In this document: one piece after another, positions 39,610 to 52,076 of the stretch
Layout: each line of letters begins with the position of its first letter
Numbering within the stretch: position 1 is the stretch's first letter
Assembly (NCBI GenBank): GCA_964016885.1
Contig: OZ024742.1
Location: 117,738,001 to 117,802,000, forward strand
Reading direction: 5' to 3'
DNA from: Eledone cirrhosa
Lineage: Eukaryota
Length of the DNA: 64,000 nucleotides
Translations under genes and position numbers: made by a program
Notes under the pieces: generated by a model
The model's database searches: none
Told to the model about the DNA's origin: nothing
The model's input: only the letters and a program-made list of their open reading frames with translations

Positions 39610-40572
39610 TATATTTCTTTATTTGCCACAGGGGCGTACAAAATGGGACATTACAAGACGTGACGGAGGGGGTTTTACATAAAAATCATATAACTTTAAC
39701 ATTAATAAATAACAATAAACTATATATTATGAAATAACAATTGAAATCCCCAATAGGAGGAAACGTTACTGCAGGGTTGTTTTACACCCCGTGGATAGAC
39801 AACCTCAACACCAGGAACACGTTTTGTAGGTGTTCCCGTCTTCCCTCTGTTCATCTTCCTCAACCTACAGGTTTATATACAGAGAAGGCTCATTCACTCG
39901 GGCTATTTGTGCCACATTCACCCACCTTTCAGCGAATTTGCTGGGGTGTAGCACCTCTCTCTCTCCACTCTCACATTCCTTCTGAAGTGGTACTTAAAGA
40001 AGGGGATAAGTTGTTGTCCGGAGAGAAAGGTGTTTGCCGTCAGTCCTTTTAACCTCGTCCACCATATTACCTCTTTTGCCACAGCCACCAGACAGAGGAA
40101 AACCGCCTCTCCTGCGTTCTTAAATGAAGGCGGCGGGGTGATCCTCACGATGGACTCGGCTGACAACTGGATGCGTCCCACACGTCACAGTAGCTGTTCG
40201 ACATAATTCCACAGGTCGGTCACCCCTGGGCACCGGACAATTTCATGCAGAACGGTTTCGATGTCCTGCTCGCATCTTGGACAGGTCCTTTTGGCAGGAT
40301 CTCTGCCAGGGCGTCCGTGCCTATAGATTTTGTCTCGAACTGGTAGAGCTCCTCGGTAGCACTGCCAGGCCAGAGACCTTTGGAAGTTATCCATAGGCCC
40401 TGGATGGAAAGTCCTCCCGAACAGACTTGTCAGTTCGTCCACCTCGATAACTAGAGTTTCCCCGAGAACGTCGTCGCACTTATCCTCCACTATACCTCTA
40501 TAGAATGTCGAAGTGGAGTATCCGCTGATTGCCGTTTCCGCTTGGTAGAGGGCTGTGAGCGCCTGAAGGCAC
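39610..40572 (-). mobile_element. 5'-truncated Tx1-like LINE
   Basis: ORFs 40185-40490 and 39918-40181 (DNFQRSLAWQCYRGALPVRDK...CPRC...ETVLH...CP zinc knuckle). The tail GGCAAATAAAGAAATATATCTAT runs into (TATC)n. Confidence 0.88.
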
Positions 40573-40660
40573 TCGAGAAGATAGATAAATAGATAACTAG
40601 ATGATTAGCTAGATAAATAGACAGATAGCTAGATCCGTAGGTATATAGGTAGATAGATAG

Positions 40661-40691
<31 letters not shown>

Positions 40692-40758
40692 TGTATGTAT
40701 GTATGTATGTATGTATGTATGTATGTATGTATATAGGCAGGTAGGTATAAAGGTAAGT

Positions 40759-40847
<89 letters not shown>

Positions 40848-41018
40848 AACAAACGAGGAAATAACTCATAAACAAAAATGATTGCCTCTAGGGGAGGAAA
40901 CTCATGGGTTAAATATTCTACTAAATATATAGTAGGTAAGATAACTGATATATATATATATTATATAGGCTTAACAATGGAATGAGAGTAAGAAGAAAGC
41001 AAGAACGGGGGTGTCTCG

Positions 41019-41051
<33 letters not shown>

Positions 41052-41190
41052 AATATATGGAAAGTTATATTTAAATTGTTGGGTTAACAACGAGTAAATA
41101 TTTATAACTGATATAAAAGCACTCAACAAGTATTTGGAGTATATTTACGATATTAAATAAATGGAAACTATATTTATAAAACCATATTTA

Positions 41191-41252
41191 TTTCATTATA
41201 TATATTTCAGGGATATCATATTAACAATATGTTATGCCTTCTTCAGACAAAA
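41191..41252 (-). ncRNA. Hammerhead ribozyme motif (left arm)
   Basis: Reverse complement of 41426-41487. Confidence 0.7.
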
Positions 41253-41425
41253 TACAATATAAACAGTCTTATAAATAAATAGATACGACATACCTTTCAA
41301 TCGACTTGCATTTGGGAAGTTGATTTGGCAGGTATGTCAAATCAACTTCCCAAATCAACTTCCCAAATGCAAGTCGATTGAAAGGTATGTCGTATCTATT
41401 TATTTATAAGACTGTTTATATTGTA

Positions 41426-41487
41426 TTTTGTCTGAAGAAGGCATAACATATTGTTAATATGATATCCCTGAAATATATATAATGAAA
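41426..41487 (+). ncRNA. Hammerhead ribozyme motif (right arm)
   Basis: TTTTGT-CTGAAGA-AGG...CCT-GAAA-TATATA-TA-ATGAAA. Stem I contains G-U pairs and stem III is palindromic. Confidence 0.7.
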
Positions 41488-41654
41488 TTTTATAAATATA
41501 GTTTCCATTTATTTAATATCATATATATAAATATATATATTCATTTTCCCTTCCCCGTCTCTGCCTATCCTTTGCACTCACTCCTTCGTTCACTCCACCT
41601 CGCTTCACACCCCTGCTTTCTCATCCCTCCCCCTGCTTTCACCCAACGCCCACC

Positions 41655-44398
41655 ATGCCCAGCCTGAGATCCTTTCTCCACCAACTACATAATCGCCTCA
41701 ACTTTTCCTCCCCCCTCCTCCCACCCTGCTATCTCCCCTCTGCCCTTCAACTCTCCTACCTTCTCTTCGCCAAAACCCGGCACTCCAGCCACATCCATTT
41801 CCTCAGCCACTGCCTCCGCCTCCACCTTATCCCCCTCGGCTTCCGTCTACACTTCCACCCTTCCCCCGCCACTTCCCCCTCCACGCAACGTATCCTCACC
41901 CGATCCTCACGCCTCCTGATGCGCAACTCCATCCGCGCCTCCCGTTCCACCCTCCGCTAACTTGACCACCAACTGACCCCCACCCTCCTCCGCCTTAACT
42001 CCACCTGCCACCCCCTCCTCGCCCAAGCCATCCTCTCCTTCATCCAAAACCTCAACCACAACCTCTTCTCCTTCCTCAGCTCCACCAAAGCCCGCAAGCT
42101 ACACTCACTCCTCCCAACCACCCCCATCCACCACCACCCGCCCATCCCCATACGCCCACCACTCTCCACTTCTCCCTCGACCCCCCCCCTACCCAATCTC
42201 CCCCACACCCAAACCCCACCACTTGTTGTCACCATACCTCCTGACCTCCCCCTCTCCGCACCTGAGCGCTCACTCCTTAGTAGAGGCCTTCGCTTCATAC
42301 CCCACACTCCGCACAGCGACGAGTTCCGCACCCGAACAGAAGTCGAGCGATTCGTGCGATGCACGAAGCTACAGGCACATTTCGGCCGAACGCCACCGGC
42401 TCCGGACGCCCCAGACCCGTTTCTCGCCCTGGGCCGACGACCATCTTCTTGGACGCCGGCCCCAGGGCAATTTAGCACCCTGGACGCGTTCGTCGATGCC
42501 AGCCGTAGCGCAGTAAATCGTTTCGACTTCCGCCACCGTTCCAAACGGTACAATATCTCACGGGGCGAACTCCTCGCTCTCCGCTCCCTCCGTAGCCGAG
42601 ATGACATCGTCATCAAACCGGCGGACAAGGGAGGCGCCGTGGTGGTGTGGCGCGCGGACCTCTACACGGCCGAAGCCCTCAGGCAGCTCTGTAACCCCCT
42701 CTTCTACCGCCCTCTACCCTCCGATCCCACCCCCCCTCTACCAACAACAAGTCTCCTCCACCATCCAAGACCTTATCGCCTCCTCCCTCCTCCCCCCCAC
42801 CGCTTCCCACCTCATCGTCCGCACCCCCCGCACCCCCACCATCTACTTCCTCCCCAAACTCCACAAACCCGACAACCCCGGCCGCCCCATCGTCTCCGCT
42901 TGCAACTGCCCCACCGAACTCATCTCCGCCTTTCTCGACTCCATCCTCGCCCCCCTTGTCACCACCCTCCCCTCCCACATCTCCGACACCAACCACGCCC
43001 TGCGCCTTTTCGACTCCTTCACCTACCCACCCGGCCTACAGCCCTTCCTCTTCACCCTAGACATCAAGTCCCTCTATACCGTCATCCCATACGCCGACGG
43101 CCTACGCGCCCTCAAACACTACCTCGACCTTCGCCTCTCCCCCATTCCCTCCACCCCCACCCTCCTTCGCCTCGCCGAGCTGGTCCTCACCCTCAATTGT
43201 TTCTCCTTCTTGGGTGAGTTTTACCAACAGGTCACGGGGGTAGCCATGGGTACAAGAATGGGCCCGAACTATGCCAACCTTTTTGTTGGCCATGTTGAGA
43301 CCCAAATCTTTGCCCAGTACACCGGCCCCACGCCCAAACTGTACGGTCGGATACATTGACGACTGTATCGGAGCCACGACCCTCACCCGAGAACAGCTCG
43401 ACTCCTTTCTCTCCTTCTTCTGCTCCTTCCACCCCTCCCTCCACTTCACCACCTCTATCTCCACCACCCACGTCCACTTCTTAGACATCTCCGTCGCCTT
43501 CGATCCCTCCCACCACTCCCTCGTCACCTCCGCCTTCTTCAAACCCACCGACTCCCACTCTTACCTCGACTTCACCTCTTCCCACCCCACCCACACTAAA
43601 CACTCCATTCCCTACTCCCAACTCTTCAGGATCCGCCGCCTCTGTAGCCGAGATGCCGACTTCGAGTCCAAGGCCCTTTCCCTAGTCAGCCATTTCATCC
43701 GCAGAGGTTACCCGCCCCTCTCTCGTCCACACCGCTCTCACCCGCGCCCGTGCTGTCCACCGCTCCACCACCCTCACCCCACGCCACCGCACACCCAATT
43801 ACCGTCTCCCCTTCCCCATCACCTACCACCCCTCCACCTTACCCCTCCACCGCACCATCCGCCGCCTCTTCCGACGCCTCCAGTCCGACCCCTCCACCTC
43901 CCACATCTTCCCAACCTCACCACTCCCCTCCTTCAAACGCGCACGCAATCTCCGCACCCTCCTCGTCCACAGCTCCCTACCCGCCAACCCACGCTCTGTC
44001 CCCCCCCCGGTTCCTTTCCCTGTTCTAGGCCCCTGCAACACCTGTCCCCACATCACCAACACCACCACCTTCCAGGATCCCAACGGCCACTCTCTCTCTG
44101 TCCGGCATGCCTTCCGCTGCACCTCCTCCAACCTAGTCTACGGACTTATGTCGGACAGACGGGACGTCGCCTGGCGGACCGATTCACTGAGCACCTCCGG
44201 GATATTCGTCTCGGTGGTAGTTCCCCCATCGCCCGCCACTTTGGTGGCCCTGGACATTCCGCACGCCATCTCACAGTCTGTGGCCTACTCCAATGCCACG
44301 GAAGACCCGCCAATCTCCTTAGAGTCGAACAAAGAACTATCTTCATCTTACAGACCCACACTCCCCCCAGCCTGAACTCCCCACCCTTATTCCTTTAG
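41655..44398 (+). pseudogene. Penelope RT/GIY-YIG ORF with one stop, several frameshifts and a small deletion
   Basis: HIHFLSHCLRLHLIPLGFR; DIVIKPADKGGAVVVW; YFLPKLHK...GRPIVS; LDIKSLYT; GVAMGTRMGPNYANLF; YIDD; FLDI; KPTDSHSYL; CNTCPH; NLVY...YVGQTGRRLADRFTEH. Confidence 0.93.
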
Positions 44399-45883
44399 CC
44401 TTCAACCGCCCCCCTCCACCCACACATATCCCCCACTAACACCACTAACACACCCCTCCTTTTCACCGCCCACCCCACAACTAACAATACTAACACCTCC
44501 ACTCCACCCCTCATCCGACCACCCTTCCCCAACTAACATACTAACATCCCTCCCTTCTTCTCCTCCCTCCCTCCTTATCACACGCACACACCCACCGGCA
44601 CATATATACACGCGCTCACACTAAACACACACCCTACTACCACCACTAACCCTCACCCCCACACCTCCATCCCACCACCCCGCAACTAACCTCACTAACA
44701 CCCCCTGACCCCAAGCACACGAACACACGCACCCACTTACACCACCCACCCCACACGCAACTAACATCACTAACACCCCCAATCCCACGCACACGTACCC
44801 ACACACCCTCGTACACCACCAACTCTACACACCCTACCACCACTAACCCCCACTCACACCTGCATTCAACCCTTTCTCCACCTCCCGTATACTAACACCC
44901 ACTAACACCCCTTCACCAAACTACACACACACACCAGTACACCACACTCCCTCCATAGAACTACACACACCCTTCTCTCCCCGCTCCACCCACACCCTCG
45001 CTCCACACTCACTCATCCCACTAACACCTCTAGTAATACACACACACACCCACCTCACTCCAACTTTCACACCTACCCATCCTCGCCCCTTTACCATTCC
45101 ACCCGACTGCTGCTATGCCCTCTGACCACCTCCCAGCACAAACAGACACACAGCACTCCCACCGCTTGACCACTTCCTGTTGCACGCGCACCCCACATCT
45201 CTCCTCTTCCGACCATCTCTTCATGGAATACTCGTATGTGGAACTTGACCACCACGGATTCTACTAAACATCATAGGAATTTACCAACATTTCAACCATC
45301 CTCTTACGGAATCACCTATATAACTCACCCACACACACACCCAAAAAATTCTTTTTCTCCCACACGCTACCTACACCCACAACACGCTTAAACCCCACAC
45401 ACACGTGCTTTCCACCACATATTTACACCCTCAGCCTCCTGATTTCTCTCCCCCCACTCCTCTATCCACACACGCACAGACACTCCGACCTACACCCCCC
45501 ACACACACACCTCTTCCTGAACATGCAACCCCGTTCTTCCCCCAACCCTTACTTTCACATATACACACACACACACACATGTACACCTACACACACACAC
45601 ACACCACCTTCAGCCCTCCCCGCTCGGACACCCCGTCTCCCTCTCCCCACTCCACCCGCCACCACCCCTACACACCCCACACCCGTCCACCACCTGTTTT
45701 ACCCCTTTTTAATTTCAGTTTATTTTGATCATGCTTTTATATTTATTTTTATTACATTCCTTTTATTTTGACCATGCTTTATTTTTATTTTTATTTTTAA
45801 TTTCATTCGCACCGTTTCCTTTCGCTATATGTCTCTCCACCACTCCCCTACACACCCTTTGAACTCTGTTCCCACACACTTCT

Positions 45884-45917
45884 CACCCGAGGAAGGGCTT
45901 ATGCCTGAAACGTCGTT
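45884..45917 (+). ncRNA. Degenerate minimal hammerhead motif in the Penelope 3' end
   Basis: CCGAGGA-AGGGCTTATGCCT-GAAA-CGTC. The core is U4C and stem I is weak. Its position just upstream of AATAAA is typical for PLE hammerheads. Confidence 0.55.
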
Positions 45918-46004
45918 CCCCACCACCACCCCACTCTCCAGAGCGTGAAATTAATAAACATTCGTTGTACTGCCTCTCTGTTTTGTTCCTGTTCAAATTT
46001 TTCC

Positions 46005-46053
<49 letters not shown>

Positions 46054-46091
46054 GTAGGCAGATAGGTAGGGAGGTAATTAAGTAGGTAGAT

Positions 46092-46715
46092 AGATATATT
46101 TCTTTATTTGCCTCAAGGGCGCACAAGAAAAGGGGACAATACTAAGACACATGTCGGGGATTTTACATACAGTCGTGTAAAAATATTGCAACAAACAATT
46201 ATAACAATCGAAATCCCCAATAGGGGTGAGGCGCCACAAATGGGTTGTTTAATACCCCGTCGATAGAACAACCCTCAACTTCAGGAGCGTGTTGTGCAAG
46301 TGCTCCTTTCTTCCTTTTTGCTCTCTTCTTTAACCTACAGGCTTATAAACAGAGAAGGCCAATCACTCGGGCCATTTTCGCTTCATTCACCCACCTTTCA
46401 GTAAATTTACTGGGGTGCAGTGCCTCTCTCTCCACTCTGATTCTCCTAAAGTGATAATTAAAGAAGGGAATCAATTGTTGTCCGGAGAGAAAGACATCTG
46501 TCCTCAGTCCTCTCAATCCCGTCCACTATATAACCTCTTTCATCATAGCCACTGTACAGAGGGAAACCGCCTCTCTTTCGTTTTTGAAAGAGGCTGGCGG
46601 TTTGATCCTTACTATGGACTCGGCAGTCAACTGGATTTGTTCCATACGCGACAGCAGTTGTTTTGCATAGTTCCACAGGTCGCTTACGCCCGGGCAGTGT
46701 ACAATTGCGTGCAAG
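46092..46715 (-). mobile_element. 5'-truncated Tx1-like LINE
   Basis: ORF 46526-46714 (HAIVHCPGVSDLWNYAKQLL...) with the family tail running into (TATC)n. Confidence 0.85.
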
Positions 46716-46732
46716 TAGGTAGATAGATAGAT

Positions 46733-49672
46733 AGATATGTTTCTTTATTAGCCACAGGGGCACAAAAGAAGGGGACAAATACAAAGGGGGAAGATTACAT
46801 ACAATAAAAACGTGTAAAATATTATCACAAATGTAATTTTAAAATTAGTCGATTTTCCCCAATAGGAGGAGACATTTCATATGGGTAACACATACCCCCG
46901 AAAAAAATGTGCAACCCTCATCTCCAGGAGTACGAAGAGTTTGTACTCCTTTCCTCTCCTCCTCTTTTTCCTCAACCTACAGGCTCGGGCCATTCTCGCC
47001 ACTTTCACCCACCTTTCATAAAACTTGCTGGGGTACAGCACCCCTCTCTCCATCCTGATTCTTCTTTCAAAGTGGTATTTGAAAAAAAGAATCAGTTGTT
47101 GGCCGGAGAGAAAGGTGTCTGACCTCAGATTTTCAACCTTGTCCACCATACAACCTCTTTCGCCATAGCTATCACACAAAGGAAAACCGCCTCGCCTTCG
47201 TTTTTGAAGGAGGGTGGCGGTTTGATCATGACAATGGACTTGGTGGTCAACCGGATTGGTCCCACCCGCGACAATAGTCGTTCTACACAGCCCCACAGGT
47301 CGGTGACGCCCGGGTAGTGTATGAATGCGTGCGCGACGGTTTCTTCGTCTCGCACGCACCTCGGACAGATCTTTTTTGCAGGGTCCCTGCCCGGGCGCCC
47401 ATGTCTGTAGAGCTTGTCCGAACTGGTAGAGCTCCTCGGTAGCACTGCCAGGCCAGGGACTTTTGGAAGTTGTCCATCGGTCTCAGGCGGAAGGTCCTAC
47501 CGAACAGACTGGCCAGTTCGTCTTCCTCTACGCCCAGAGTTTCACCGAGCACGTCGTCGCACTTGCTGCGGTTCAACCCTCTATAGAATGACGAAGTGGA
47601 GTCTCCACTGATCGTCGGGTCCGCCTGCCAGAGGGCTGTGAGCGCCTGAGCACATTCGATGTGCCAGTCGCCCATTTTCCTCGGTCTTTGCTTGACCCAG
47701 GACTGCAGCTCGGTCAGCGAGACGAGTCGTGGGAAGGCTCGCCTCACGAACGGGGCCCACACCGGTTGTCCGGTGAGGAATACGTAGAGATGCCGCAGCC
47801 TGAGCGCGTGTTTGCGCATCGCCAGCCACGGTATCCCCAGCCCTCCGTTGGAAGGGCGTTGGCAGCAGATGGATCTTCTCACCAAAGGAGCCCGCCTCTT
47901 CCAAAGGAATTGGAAGAGCGCGCGCTCCATTTTGGCGAGCGTTTTGGCTGGACAAGGCACGACGGTCAAGCGGTAGTAGATGGCGGACGCTATAAAAGTG
48001 TTCGCCACCTCCGCTCGACCTTTCAAGGATAGTTTGCACTCAGCCCACTTCTGGGTGAGTCAAACACCTCATTCCAGTTCTTCTCCACCTGGAGGTCCGG
48101 ACCAAACCAGACCCCGAGCAGCTTTACTGGTCCTTCCGTCTAGCGTCCGACGACGCCATCGGAAGGCATCGGTTTGCCTCTCCACGATCCGAGTTGCAAA
48201 CCGATGGACTTGTCCTGGTTCAGCTTCGCTCCTGTGAACCTTTCGTATTCCTTCAGTAAGGTGCCGACTTCCTCGATTTGCGAGGCGCTCGACACCATTA
48301 CTTACACGTCGTCGGCGTAGGCCGACGCCGCTTTCCGCAGTCCCGGTTCCAGAGGGATGCCCTGCAATAGCTCCAACTTCCGCAGTAGTGGCTCGAGAGT
48401 CAATACGTACAGAAGGGAGGAGAGAGGGCATCCCTGTCGAATGGATCGCGTGATATGGAACCGCTCCGAGAGGTAGCCGTTCACCTTAACCCTTGAGCAG
48501 ATATTGCTGTTATGCATTGCAGCAATCCAGCCCCTGAACACGGGTCCGAAGCCTGCCGCCTCGAGCACGGCATCCAGGTAACGATGGTCAACCCTATCGA
48601 AAGCCTTAGACTGATCCAAGTTGATCAGGGCCCCACCGAAGCCGGGTTTACACCCTACCCTCTCTATGATGTATCGCATGAGGTGGAGGTTGTCGTGTAT
48701 GGACCTGGTCGGGATTGCGCATGTCTGCGCTTCTCCCACCAGGTTCTCGACGACAAGCGCCAGCCTCTTTGCCAATATCTTGGCCAAAATCTGTAACTCT
48801 GTGTTTAGCAGAGTTATGGGCCGGAAGTTGCCTATGTCATCCTCCTTATTCTCGTCCTTCCTGACTAGTGTGACTACGCCCCGGTCACAGAACTGGGAAT
48901 TCTCCCGTTCTGTTGCCAGTTGCAGTAGACCGCTTCCAGGAGACCGGAGTATAAGTCCGGCATTGCTACGTAAAATTCGTAGGGTAGACCGTCGAGACCT
49001 GGAGATTTGCGTTTGCCGCATTGACTCAGCGCGTCCCCTATCTCAGCGGCTGAAATCGGCTTTTCGCAGAACTTTGCCTCGCTGTCCGAGAGTCGCGGTA
49101 GGCCGTCGAGGTATGGACCGAAATCCATAGCCCCTCCTGGCGCGCCGCCCTGCCCGAACAGCCGAGGAAAGTGCCGCTGAAAGGCCACACACATCTGCTT
49201 CGGCTCACGTATCACGCGTCCGTTTTGGTCCTTCAAAGACCGAATCGTGGACTTGTTGTCACTTTTTGCCTCCGTCACTCGGGTCCAGCTAACAGCTTTG
49301 GCTCCCTCGTTTCCCAGAGCACATATTTTGCTTCTGACAACGCACCCTCATGCTTTGCGTCGAAGAACTGGTCCAAGGCCGTTCTCGTTGCTAGCACGTT
49401 GGCTACGTTGCCACTTCTAATTGCCTCTTCTACTTTATCTACCAGTTCTTACTCGGTTCTATTTCTATCTAACGCTAATTCTTTACTAAAAACTAACGAG
49501 TCTAATCTAACTGCCCTCTTGAGAGAGTACCACCATCTGTTGTTGACAATGGCCCCTGTCAAGTGCTGTTTAACTAAAGTGCTAATCCGTCTACTGTAAG
49601 CTTTACATGTCAGTAACGACAAGTTCAGCTTACGGTAGCCGGGTCCTTGTCTATAGTTTCTATCAAGATAGT
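46733..49672 (-). mobile_element. Tx1-like (L1 clade) LINE, 5'-truncated ORF2 with frameshifts
   Basis: KSPGLDGLPYEFY, NFRPITLLNTE, LDQSKAFDRVDH, IRQGCPLS, AYADDV, GGLGIP and a CPRC...H..P knuckle. Both ends lie in GATA-rich tracts. Confidence 0.93.
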
Positions 49673-50065
49673 CAGAGAGTGTGAGAGAGAAAGTAAGGGG
49701 GAGAGAATCAGAGATAGACATTAGATAGGTAAATATATTGACGGAAAGAAGGTTGAGACAGAGAGGAAAAGAGAGAAAGAGAGAGTGAGGTAAAGAGAAA
49801 AAAAATGATACATATATAGGACAACAGACGGGGAAATAACTTATAGGTAAAACTTATTGTCTCTAGGTAATACTGACGGGTGTAGTAGGTGAGATAACTT
49901 ATATATATATAAGCATCCTCCTGCATATATATCTAAGCAGTCCTCCTTTTCGGGTAGTGTTATCGATGCTCAGAGAGTGGGATTAGTCGAGTGCAAGGCC
50001 TTTCCCCACTTAAAAAACCTTCAAAGCACAAGCATTGCTTGTTCAGGATATGTTACAGGTTCGTA

Positions 50066-52041
50066 AGAAGGGAGGGATGTTAGTATGTTAGTTGGGGAAG
50101 GGTGGTCGGATGAGGGGTGGAGTGGAGGTGTTAGTATTGTTAGTTGTGGGGTGGGCGGTGAAAAGGAGGGGTGTGTTAGTGGTGTTAGTGGGGGATATGT
50201 GTGGGTGGAGGGGGGCGGTTGAAGGCTAAAGGAATAAGGGTGGGGAGTTCAGGCTGGGGGGAGTGTGGGTCTGTAAGATGAAGATAGTTCTTTGTTCGAC
50301 TCTAAGGAGATTGGCGGGTCTTCCGTGGCATTGGAGTAGGCCACAGACTGTGAGATGGCGTGCGGAATGTCCAGGGCCACCAAAGTGGCGGGCGATGGGG
50401 GAACTACCACCGAGACGAATATCCCGGAGGTGCTCAGTGAATCGGTCCGCCAGGCGACGTCCCGTCTGTCCGACATAAGTCCGTAGACTAGGTTGGAGGA
50501 GGTGCAGCGGAAGGCATGCCGGACAGAGAGAGAGTGGCCGTTGGGATCCTGGAAGGTGGTGGTGTTGGTGATGTGGGGACAGGTGTTGCAGGGGCCTAGA
50601 ACAGGGAAAGGAACCGGGGGGGGGGGGACAGAGCGTGGGTTGGCGGGTAGGGAGCTGTGGACGAGGAGGGTGCGGAGATTGCGTGCGCGTTTGAAGGAGG
50701 GGAGTGGTGGGTTGGGAAGATGTGGGAGGTGGAGGGGTCGGACTGGAGGCGTCGGAAGAGGCGGCGGATGGTGCGGTGGAGGGGTAAGGTGGAGGGGTGG
50801 TAGGTGATGGGGAAGGGGAGACGGTAATTGGGTGTGCGGTGGCGTGGGGTGAGGGTGGTGGAGCGGTGGACAGCACGGGCGCGGGTGAGAGCGGTGTGGA
50901 CGAGAGAGGGGCGGGTAACCTCTGCGGATGAAATGGCTGACTAGGGAAAGGGCCTTGGACTCGAAGTCGGCATCTCGGCTACAGAGGCGGCGGATCCTGA
51001 AGAGTTGGGAGTAGGGAATGGAGTGTTTAGTGTGGGTGGGGTGGGAAGAGGTGAAGTCGAGGTAAGAGTGGGAGTCGGTGGGTTTGAAGAAGGCGGAGGT
51101 GACGAGGGAGTGGTGGGAGGGATCGAAGGCGACGGAGATGTCTAAGAAGTGGACGTGGGTGGTGGAGATAGAGGTGGTGAAGTGGAGGGAGGGGTGGAAG
51201 GAGCAGAAGAAGGAGAGAAAGGAGTCGAGCTGTTCTCGGGTGAGGGTCGTGGCTCCGATACAGTCGTCAATGTATCCGACCGTACAGTTTGGGCGTGGGG
51301 CCGGTGTACTGGGCAAAGATTTGGGTCTCAACATGGCCAACAAAAAGGTTGGCATAGTTCGGGCCCATTCTTGTACCCATGGCTACCCCCGTGACCTGTT
51401 GGTAAAACTCACCCAAGAAGGAGAAACAATTGAGGGTGAGGACCAGCTCGGCGAGGCGAAGGAGGGTGGGGGTGGAGGGGATGGCGAGGGGGAGGGGAGA
51501 AGGTCGAGGTAGTGCCGGAGGGGCGCGTAGGTCGTCGGCGTGGGGCATAACGGTGTAGAGCGACTTAATGTCTAGGGTGAAGAGGAGAGGGTGTGGGCCG
51601 GGTGGGAAAGTGAGGGAGTCGACCAGGCGAAGGGAGTGGTTGGTGTCGGAGATGTGGAAGGGGAGGGCGGTGACGAAGGGTGCGAGGATGGAGTCAAGAA
51701 AGGCGGAGATGAGTTCTGTGAGGCAGTTGCAGGCGGAGACGATGGGGCGGCCTGGGTTGTCGGGTTTGTGGATCTTGGGGAGGAAGTAGATAGTGGGGGT
51801 GCTGGGGGTGCTGACGATGGGGGTGCTGACCGTGGGAAGCGGTGGGAGGGAGGAGGGAGGAGGAGACGAGGTGTTGGATGGTGTAGAAAACTTGTTGTTG
51901 GTAGAGGGGTGGGGTCGGAAGGTACAGGGCGGTAGAAGAGGGCTTCGGCCGTGTAGAGGTCAGCGCCCCACACTACCACCGCGCCTTCCTGGTCCGCCGG
52001 TTTGATGACGATGTCGTTGCGGCTACGGAAGGACTGGAGAG

Positions 52042-52043
<2 letters not shown>
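50066..52043 (-). mobile_element. Second, partial copy of the Neptune-type Penelope element
   Basis: Reverse complement of about 42575-44559. Almost identical over 50066-51480 and more diverged over 51480-52043. Confidence 0.92.

Positions 52044-52070
<27 letters not shown>

Positions 52071-52076
<6 letters not shown>

Larger units (their letters stand above)
41149..41520. mobile_element. Fold-back mini-element made of two inverted hammerhead-bearing arms (Penelope pLTR-derived)
   Basis: 41149-41328 is the reverse complement of 41350-41520 apart from one ~10-bp indel. It is embedded in (TA)n and has no ORF. Confidence 0.8.
41541..46005 (+). mobile_element. Near full-length Penelope-like retroelement (Neptune type: RT, Cys linker, C-terminal GIY-YIG)
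   Basis: Flanked by (TA)n. Contains a disrupted ORF at 41655-44398 and a ~1.5-kb C/A-rich 3' UTR, with a hammerhead-like motif and AATAAA near the end. Confidence 0.92.

Noticed and set aside
41756-43548. Long Gly/Arg/Glu-rich minus-strand ORFs
   Set aside because: They are antisense shadows of the C-rich Penelope ORF, which has few stops on the opposite strand.
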